Origin: Candidatus Hydrogenedentota bacterium
GTDB taxonomy: Bacteria > Hydrogenedentota > Hydrogenedentia > Hydrogenedentales > SLHB01
Assembly (NCBI GenBank): GCA_020847495.1
Contig: JADLCA010000463.1
Location: 1 to 49,796 of the forward strand
DNA: 49,796 bases
Reading direction: 5' to 3'
Shown here: positions 43,830 through 49,796 of the stretch, one piece after another
Layout of the letters: each line of letters starts with the position of its first letter
Numbering within the stretch: the stretch's first letter is position 1
Made by a program: the position numbers and the translations under genes
The notes under the pieces: generated by a model
Told to the model about the DNA's origin: nothing
The model's database searches: none
The model's input: the letters and a program-made list of their open reading frames with translations, nothing else

Positions 43830-45213
43830 CGCTCACCCCGAATCGCTCTTGCAGCTTGCTCCGAAGCGACAGCATCAACGCGCGCACTTGCTCCTCGGCA
43901 GTGTCTTCGTCGTCATCTACTGGCGGAGCGGGCAAAGCGGGCGACGGAGCGGCAAGCGGGTTCGTCGCGTCGCGCGCAGCCAGCGCCGCCAGTGAGTAGT
44001 TCTGCTGTTGCAGGTATGGTGTCTCGCCACCCTTGACCGGCGGCAGATTCTCGCGCAACCGCGCCTCGTTCGGCGCGAGCACGCCGGCGCCCACTTGCTT
44101 CTGCGCCACGTCGGCACGCGTCGCCGGATCCATACGCAGCAATCCTTCCAGATCGAATTCGACACTGTATACGTGATCTTTGACGCCGTACAAATTCAAG
44201 CCATCGTCCAGCAACGCTTCGATCGCTTCGATGTGCGTCTGCAAAGTCTGCGTATAGTAATCCTGGTTCATCGCAGACACGTTGTTGAATGTCGGGTTGG
44301 CGCCACTCGCGATCTTGTGCAGCGGTACACGAAAGCAGCGCGCCACGTCTTCCACAGTCCAGCGCAGTTGCTCGATCAGTTGAGCGTCGGTAGCCGGGAT
44401 GACCATCGGTTGGTACTTCATATCATCGCCGGTGACTAGCAATCGTCCGATGCGCCCGCCGGAAAAGTTGGCTTCGAAATCTTCTTTAAGACGTCGGGCG
44501 GTGTCGTCACTGATCGAACCGGGTGCAGTCAGTTGGCCGCTCGGCCGCGACATGTTCTCAAAGAACACAACACTATTGTGCTGGATGCGGATGCCTTGCG
44601 TGGCTGCTACGCCGCATGCAAAGATTGGAGATACGCCGACCAGCGGGTGGAATAGTGTCAGCCCGCGATCATGGATCACTTCGCTGGCAGGCAGTGTGAT
44701 GTCCAACGGTTGCTGTGACAGTTTGTCCGCGCGGATCTGATAAAACACTTCGCCGTTGTCCGCTACCAGCGGGGTCACCATACGCGAGTCCAACACGTAT
44801 AGCGCGGTGACAACTCCGCGTTTGTCACGCTCCTTGACCACGTACGTGTTGCCGTACAGCATCTTCATCGTAAGCCACGAGATGATGAACTGCAACATCG
44901 TCTGGTAATGATTTGGCTTGCGCAGTACCGGCGCGAACGGAGTATTGCGCGTGACTTCTTGCCAGTAGCCGCCGTTGATCTGCTCCATGATCCGCAACCG
45001 CAGCTTGGCTACGTCTTCTGCGATCAACGACACACAGGCGAACACTGCGGAGAACGCCAGCAGGTTCTCCTTCTTGTCGGGGGTGATGTTTTTCTGCCAT
45101 GCGCCAGCGAACGGTTCGCGAATCGCACTGGAGAACCATCCCCAGTAATTCGGACTCGCCGCTTGAAGTTCTTTGCGGAACGGCCACGTGAGCTCGTACC
45201 CGAACAAATTCAT
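43816..45213 (-). CDS. portal protein (HK97 family)
   Basis: 465 aa. Typical HK97-portal blocks ...[21 protein letters not shown]...GNTY... and [16 protein letters not shown]. Confidence 0.9.
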   Translation of the reverse strand: MNLFGYELTWPFRKELQAASPNYWGWFSSAIREPFAGAWQKNITPDKKENLLAFSAVFACVSLIAEDVAKLRLRIMEQINGGYWQEVTRNTPFAPVLRKPNHYQTMLQFIISWLTMKMLYGNTYVVKERDKRGVVTALYVLDSRMVTPLVADNGEVFYQIRADKLSQQPLDITLPASEVIHDRGLTLFHPLVGVSPIFACGVAATQGIRIQHNSVVFFENMSRPSGQLTAPGSISDDTARRLKEDFEANFSGGRIGRLLVTGDDMKYQPMVIPATDAQLIEQLRWTVEDVARCFRVPLHKIASGANPTFNNVSAMNQDYYTQTLQTHIEAIEALLDDGLNLYGVKDHVYSVEFDLEGLLRMDPATRADVAQKQVGAGVLAPNEARLRENLPPVKGGETPYLQQQNYSLAALAARDATNPLAAPSPALPAPPVDDDEDTAEEQVRALMLSLRSKLQERFGVSDVRA

Positions 45214-45296
45214 GGCTTGGCCCGCAGGTCCCGTCGGTTGTAGTAGGCGCGTTCCAGCTTCTGCCGGCGTTGTTGTTCTTGGTCGCGGGCGAGTAA

Positions 45297-45328
45297 AACC
45301 CGGTCGAGGTATGACCCCCGACCGGGTT
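45297..45328 (-). terminator. perfect 10-bp hairpin downstream of the capsid gene (possible leaky terminator or attenuator)
   Basis: The minus strand reads AACCCGGTCG, 12-nt loop, CGACCGGGTT, then TTAC. The T-tract is weak. Confidence 0.4.
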
Positions 45329-45375
45329 GTGCGCGACGTTGCTTGCGCTGCTTCACGACGTCACGCTACGCCAGA

Positions 45376-47322
45376 TTATGACGTGTGCATGTTGTCGATG
45401 TAACCGACGCCGTACGACCGACGCCGCGACCAGTTGATGACTCGCTCGCACCGGATCGCCATGCTGTTGGTCTGGAACATCGAGACCAGTTGCGCAGCGG
45501 TCGGCGTCGCGGACGAACCGGACGGGGCCGAGTCCATTTCCAGCGACGCTTCCGTGGACACGTCGATGGCGATGGCGCCGTCGTCGGCCAGGAACACTTC
45601 GCTTTGCTTCACCAGCGCGACGATGCTGCCCGCCGACGTGCTGTGCGGCACGGCGTTCGACGTGATCACCGGCATGCCGAACCACGTGCCGCCCATCATG
45701 TTGATGCCCGGATAGGCGAAGTTCTCGCCGCCGGTCGTGCGGATCATCGACAGGGCGAGTGCGGCATCGGGTGTCATCACCCAGACCGCGCCGTCCAGCG
45801 AAATCTCCTGAGTGGCGAACGTCGCGAGGAACGCCTTGACGTCCGTCTCGACGTTCGCAGCCGTCGTCCACGCTGCTGCCGCCTGTCGCACGTTGCTCGC
45901 GCCGTTCAGCACCGACGCCGGGTTGACGTTGGCGACTGCCGCGACACCCGGATCGATGAACTGGGCATCCAAGAAGTAGCGCATTTCGCTCGCGAGGTCA
46001 TCGCGCACCATCAGTTCCGCCGAGGGCGACGAGAACCGCGCGAGTTCCTGCGTGATCACGACGATGCCGGCAGCCTTCGCAAAGCCGAGCGTGCCGTACG
46101 ACAGTTGCAGCTTGCCGACCTTCTTCGCGGCGCCCTGACCAACCCAGCCCACCGACGCGCCGGCCGACTGCGTCGGGTAGCGCACGTTGAACGGCACGCG
46201 GCGCAGGCCGGGCATCTTGCCGATGATGGTCTGCGGGCGCAGGTACTCGACGAACTCGCTGGTGAGGTTCTCGCTGTAGACCAGCGGACCCGCCCACGCG
46301 GCGTCGCTCGTGGTGCCGGCAGCGACCGCCGCCTTGAGCGCCTCGACCACTTCCGGCGTGGACGTGTTCCACTGCTCGGCGTACTTGATCGCCGACTCGT
46401 AGTTGCCCTTGCTGAACGCGAGTGCCTTGGCGTAGCGGGCGAGGCCCATGCCCTTCGGCAGATTGGCGTTCGGGCGCAGCACGCCTTCGCCCGCGCGCAC
46501 GCGGCGCGACGTATCTTCGGTCGTGCCGGCGCTCGTCGGGACCGGGGTCGCCGTGTCGGCGTTCATCTTCTCCAGCGTCTTCAGCCGCTTCAGGTGACCG
46601 TCGATCTGGCTGACTTCCGCCTCCAGCGTGTCGTACTCTTCCTGCTTGCCGGCGTCGAGCGTGGCGCCCTCCGCGTCCTTCATGAGTTGCGTCATCGCGG
46701 CGACGTTCGCGGCTCGCTTCGCCTCAAACCCCGCGATCTGCTCTTTCAGGTTCATGTTTGTTGCTCCTTGCTTGGGTTGCGGGATGTCCGAAGCGCCGGA
46801 CGACTTGATGCGCACCACGACGTTCCGCTGCGCCGGCTGACCGGGCGCGGTCGAGCGCAGCAGTTCCTCGTCGATGCTCTTGATGGTTTGGATCGTGGCT
46901 TCGCTGTTGGCGGGGATCGTCACCGCTGACAGTTCGAGCCATTCCCACTTGGTGAAGCGGCGACCCCAAGTGCCCTTGATGTCGCTGTCCTCGATGCTGC
47001 GGAAGCCGATGCTCAGGCCGCGCACGAGTCCAGCCTTGATCAGTGCCCATGCGCGGTCGATCTCCGGCAGCACGCCGCGCAAGATCTTCGCCTTGATGGC
47101 GATGCCGGCGTCGGTCACCTTTGCACTGATTACGTGACCGAGCGGGTCACGTGCGCTGTGCTGCCACAGCAGGGGTAGCGGCAGTTTGAACTCGGCGCCC
47201 TTCGGCTCGACGATGTCGCCCATGCGGTCGGTCGTCGGCGTGGACGCGATGCCTTCGATGACGCCTTCCTCGTCGTTCACCGCTTTGATTTCGAACAGGC
47301 TGTACGCCCGGATCATGGTCAC
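45376..47322 (-). CDS. fused HK97-family prohead protease and major capsid protein
   Basis: The N-terminal approx. 150 aa have S78 protease motifs (GIASTPTTDRMGDIV...LLWQHS...GLSIGF). A coiled-coil delta-like segment follows. Then comes an HK97 MCP fold region (...FVEYLRPQTIIGKMPG...ITQELARFSSP...). Confidence 0.9.
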   Translation of the reverse strand: MTMIRAYSLFEIKAVNDEEGVIEGIASTPTTDRMGDIVEPKGAEFKLPLPLLWQHSARDPLGHVISAKVTDAGIAIKAKILRGVLPEIDRAWALIKAGLVRGLSIGFRSIEDSDIKGTWGRRFTKWEWLELSAVTIPANSEATIQTIKSIDEELLRSTAPGQPAQRNVVVRIKSSGASDIPQPKQGATNMNLKEQIAGFEAKRAANVAAMTQLMKDAEGATLDAGKQEEYDTLEAEVSQIDGHLKRLKTLEKMNADTATPVPTSAGTTEDTSRRVRAGEGVLRPNANLPKGMGLARYAKALAFSKGNYESAIKYAEQWNTSTPEVVEALKAAVAAGTTSDAAWAGPLVYSENLTSEFVEYLRPQTIIGKMPGLRRVPFNVRYPTQSAGASVGWVGQGAAKKVGKLQLSYGTLGFAKAAGIVVITQELARFSSPSAELMVRDDLASEMRYFLDAQFIDPGVAAVANVNPASVLNGASNVRQAAAAWTTAANVETDVKAFLATFATQEISLDGAVWVMTPDAALALSMIRTTGGENFAYPGINMMGGTWFGMPVITSNAVPHSTSAGSIVALVKQSEVFLADDGAIAIDVSTEASLEMDSAPSGSSATPTAAQLVSMFQTNSMAIRCERVINWSRRRSYGVGYIDNMHTS

Positions 47323-47331
47323 GGCTGCCTC

Positions 47332-49062
47332 CTATCCGAGTACGAACATCTGGTACTCTTTATCCTTCGTTTGCGGAACGACAGCACGAGCAAACGCCAT
47401 GATCGCTGCGACCGCTCCGTCAATCTTCTGGTGAGGCTTCGACTTCATTGGAGCGAACAGTCCCTTCTTCGTGGGACGAGCAACGACATTGGACATACAC
47501 CATGCGGTCATCTCGTTACCATCGTGGTGCAGCCTCCCGTCTTTCAATGCCGATACAATCTCATCCATCGGCACTGCGAAATTCTGCGGTTGCTGCACGA
47601 ACTCTACCACATTCTTAACGCCTTCCGCAAGGAGGGCTTGCGCCATCGGCGTACCGTTAAACGGGTCGTAAATAACCTCGATCGGGCTAATCCGCCGGGT
47701 GTCTGCAATGATCTGTTCTGTGATCAAATCGAAGTCAACAGTCGCACCCTCAGTCTGAGTCAACAGCCCCATGCGAACCCACTTGCGATAGTGTGCTGAA
47801 TTCGGGCCTGGGTCTTCCACGGTCTCTTCCGGCAACCAGTACCGACCGAAGAGGTAGAAGTGGGGTTTGCCGTTGATCTTCTTGCGATACAGACGTTGTT
47901 GGGCGCATAAGTCAGTCTTACTAGCCAGATCGATTGCGATCCAGCGATCAACGTTCTTGTCCGCAGACAACTCATCCTCTTCCAGCATGGTGTCCGCGGC
48001 GAGATGCCACAACTGCATGTTCATCCAGGAATTCAATACACTGCACCAGACATTCAAGTGCTTCGTTTTGAACTTGCCCTGTTGAACTGGGTTCACCAGC
48101 GCGGCGCGTTGCTGGCTCAGCAAAAACTCCGCGTCCACTGAGATTCCATAGTTGGGGTTCGCTTTGATCAACGACTTGGGGTCGGCCCAGTCGTCTTCCT
48201 TGTCGATGCCGAAGATCACCCCGAACAACTGGTCGTTCGGAAACACGCCATCCAGCACCTTGCACACTTCCTCATGCTTGTCGTAGCATGGACTGGCGAG
48301 GTTGTATCCGGCAGTCGTAATGATCAACATCAACGGCTGTTCCCGCGCGCCCATGCCGGTCTCCATCGTATCATGGAGATTGGGCAGGTCATGCTCGTGA
48401 AACTCGTCAATGATGGCGCAGGATGGCGAAGAACCGTCGCCGGGGTTGCCGATCAGCGGTTCGAACTTTGACCCCTTGTGGTCGACAACCAACATCTTGG
48501 CACGCGGCTCGGCCAAGAAGTGATCTGTCAGCAGGGGCGTGCGCTCCAGCATGAGTTTGGCGGGCTTGAACACTTCCCATGCCTGCTTCTCGGAGGTTGC
48601 CCCGGAGTACACTTCTGCCCCGAACTCCCCATCCGCCAGGAACATATACAGCCCAATCGCCGCAGCGAGAATAGACTTGCCGTTCTTGCGTGGGATCTCC
48701 CAGTAGGCGACTCGGAACCGCCGTTTGCCGTTATCCTTGCGCAGCCAACCGAACAACACGACGACCAGGAAGCACTCCCACCCTTCCAGGCGGAGCAGTT
48801 CGCTGTGAGCGGCCCACTTCCCTTTCGTGTGTGGTAGGAACTCGATGAACCTGCAAACCTTGGCCCCGACCGTCTCGTCGAAATAGTACGGGAACGCCTT
48901 GTTTTTGGCGCGCTCGATATCGTCCAGATGGCGCTGAGCGGCCCGCCGCACGTACGGGCCGGCGGGCACCGCTCCGCTGATCACATCCCGCGCGTACTGC
49001 GCGGCAATTGCTGCGTGATCGCGCTTAGGCTGCGAATTCGCTGAGCGGGTTTTGCTTGCCAT
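47332..49062 (-). CDS. terL: terminase large subunit
   Basis: 576 aa. Walker A-like region EIPRKNGKS. Contains AIIDEFHEH, plus a C-terminal nuclease domain. Confidence 0.95.
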   Translation of the reverse strand: MASKTRSANSQPKRDHAAIAAQYARDVISGAVPAGPYVRRAAQRHLDDIERAKNKAFPYYFDETVGAKVCRFIEFLPHTKGKWAAHSELLRLEGWECFLVVVLFGWLRKDNGKRRFRVAYWEIPRKNGKSILAAAIGLYMFLADGEFGAEVYSGATSEKQAWEVFKPAKLMLERTPLLTDHFLAEPRAKMLVVDHKGSKFEPLIGNPGDGSSPSCAIIDEFHEHDLPNLHDTMETGMGAREQPLMLIITTAGYNLASPCYDKHEEVCKVLDGVFPNDQLFGVIFGIDKEDDWADPKSLIKANPNYGISVDAEFLLSQQRAALVNPVQQGKFKTKHLNVWCSVLNSWMNMQLWHLAADTMLEEDELSADKNVDRWIAIDLASKTDLCAQQRLYRKKINGKPHFYLFGRYWLPEETVEDPGPNSAHYRKWVRMGLLTQTEGATVDFDLITEQIIADTRRISPIEVIYDPFNGTPMAQALLAEGVKNVVEFVQQPQNFAVPMDEIVSALKDGRLHHDGNEMTAWCMSNVVARPTKKGLFAPMKSKPHQKIDGAVAAIMAFARAVVPQTKDKEYQMFVLG

Positions 49063-49432
49063 TGTCGCGCTTGACTGCAGAAACCTTGGAGCGGGCTGAC
49101 GGCGTCATGCCCAGTCGGTCCAGGCCGGAGTACAGCTTGCCGATGAGGTTAGGGTGGACATCACCCTGCTTGGCCCGGAACTTGCAGAGCAGCACCGCCA
49201 CCATCTCGACGATCGATTGGTCCGCGATGGTCAGGACATCCTTGTGGCAGATTCGAATGATGTACGAGTACACTTCCTTCTGGGGTTCCGTCATCCAGTC
49301 GGGAGGGTCGGGCGGCAGAGGGTCGGTGTTCTGTGGCTCGTTCTCACGCCCTTGGCGGGCGAAGCGGCCGGGGTTGGCCTTGTGTGTTCCATGCAGTATT
49401 GCGACTTTGGTCGGTAGTCTCGCTCTGGCCAT
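49025..49432 (-). CDS. terS: terminase small subunit (P27 family-like)
   Basis: TAGGAG RBS, then ATG at 49432. About 135 aa, directly upstream of and overlapping terL. Typical ...AILHGTHKANP... opening. Confidence 0.75.
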   Translation of the reverse strand: MARARLPTKVAILHGTHKANPGRFARQGRENEPQNTDPLPPDPPDWMTEPQKEVYSYIIRICHKDVLTIADQSIVEMVAVLLCKFRAKQGDVHPNLIGKLYSGLDRLGMTPSARSKVSAVKRDNGKQNPLSEFAA

Positions 49433-49573
49433 GTTGTGATCTCCTATGATTGAAAAACTCCGTTCACTGTGACCCCTACCCTGTGATCCACATTCGTTGC
49501 CGCGTGTAAAAAGGCCCGCGCCCGGTTTACGCCGGGGCATGGAAAAATTGTTCCATAACCCCCCGGTTATATA

Positions 49574-49601
49574 ACTATATAGCTATGCGCGTATATGCCA
49601 A
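49574..49601 (-). promoter_or_regulatory. sigma70-like promoter candidate, TTGGCA-N16-TATAGT, in an AT-rich patch upstream of terS
   Basis: On the minus strand the -35 is at 49601-49596 and the -10 is at 49579-49574. The local AT-rich stretch 49567-49597 stands out in GC-rich DNA. Confidence 0.3.
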
Positions 49602-49670
49602 CGGCATTGACACAATGCGGCAAGCATACCGCGTGCCAGCGCTAGGCGCAAGCTACATTGGCATGGGCTT

Positions 49671-49796
49671 TGCTTTACGCGTGCGCGCGTAGCACATTGC
49701 GTGCCAATGGGCTTTGGCATGGCGCTTGCTTTACGCGTGCGCGCGTAGCACATTGCGTGCCAATGGGCTTTGGCATGGCGCTTGCTTTACGCGTGC
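49671..49796. repeat. 56-bp direct tandem repeat, at least 2.2 copies, running off the right edge of the window
   Basis: tgctttacgcgtgcgcgcgtagcacattgcgtgccaatgggctttggcatggcgct starts at 49671, 49727 and 49783. Copies 2 and 3 match each other. Copy 1 has a divergent 5' flank. Confidence 0.85.

Noticed and set aside
45385-46929. 514-aa plus-strand ORF opposite the protease-capsid gene.
   Set aside because: Same reasoning. The opposite strand carries unmistakable HK97 protease and capsid motifs, and this ORF is Arg/Gly/His-rich junk.
1-49796. Search for integrase, excisionase, repressor, transposase, tRNA, rRNA, or att-like direct repeats at the window ends.
   Set aside because: Nothing recognisable was seen by eye. 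The two window ends share no obvious repeat. Absence cannot be proven without tRNAscan or HMM searches, so no such feature is reported.

Overview
This window looks like an essentially complete, GC-rich, tailed-phage genome of about 50 kb. It has two convergent transcription arms. No integrase, repressor, tRNA, rRNA or CRISPR array was recognised.

Plus-strand arm (about 1-17.1 kb), replication and nucleotide metabolism:
- gp2.5/DUF2815-like SSB
- a lysine/alanine-repeat DNA-binding protein
- family-A DNA polymerase
- VRR-NUC nuclease
- SNF2 helicase
- DUF3310, DUF932 and DUF2786 proteins
- a contiguous module that matches the known thymidine-hypermodification toolkit: thymidylate-synthase-like hydroxymethylase, HD phosphohydrolase, P-loop kinase, and one or two aGPT-Pplase-like transferases

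Minus-strand arm (about 49.4 to 17.5 kb), virion and lysis genes:
- terS and terL
- an HK97 prohead-protease/major-capsid fusion
- portal
- two collagen-like genes
- head-tail connector genes
- major tail protein
- G/GT chaperones with an A_AAG_GGG slippery site
- tape measure protein
- an RcGTA/lambda-like tail tip (DUF2460, DUF2163/BR0599, NlpC/P60, giant J-like protein)
- a glycine-rich fibre
- a membrane-protein lysis cluster

Most unusual feature: a translationally coupled island of about 7 kb and about 11 genes at 35276-42211, inserted in the middle of the morphogenesis operon between the collagen-like genes and the head-tail connector. It encodes a GT-A glycosyltransferase, a GT9 glycosyltransferase, two paralogous GT-B-like proteins, a DUF115/Maf-like protein, three SAM methyltransferases and a radical-SAM/SPASM enzyme. 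I interpret it as a candidate virion glycosylation system, or alternatively a host-LPS or DNA modification system.

Other points worth a second look:
- an apparent -1 frameshift in the small collagen-like gene
- a transglycosylase fused to a 3-TM holin-like domain
- a 21-bp x4 tandem array at the convergence point of the two arms
- a 56-bp tandem array at the right edge, upstream of terS

All functional calls rest on motif recognition by eye. No database search was run.
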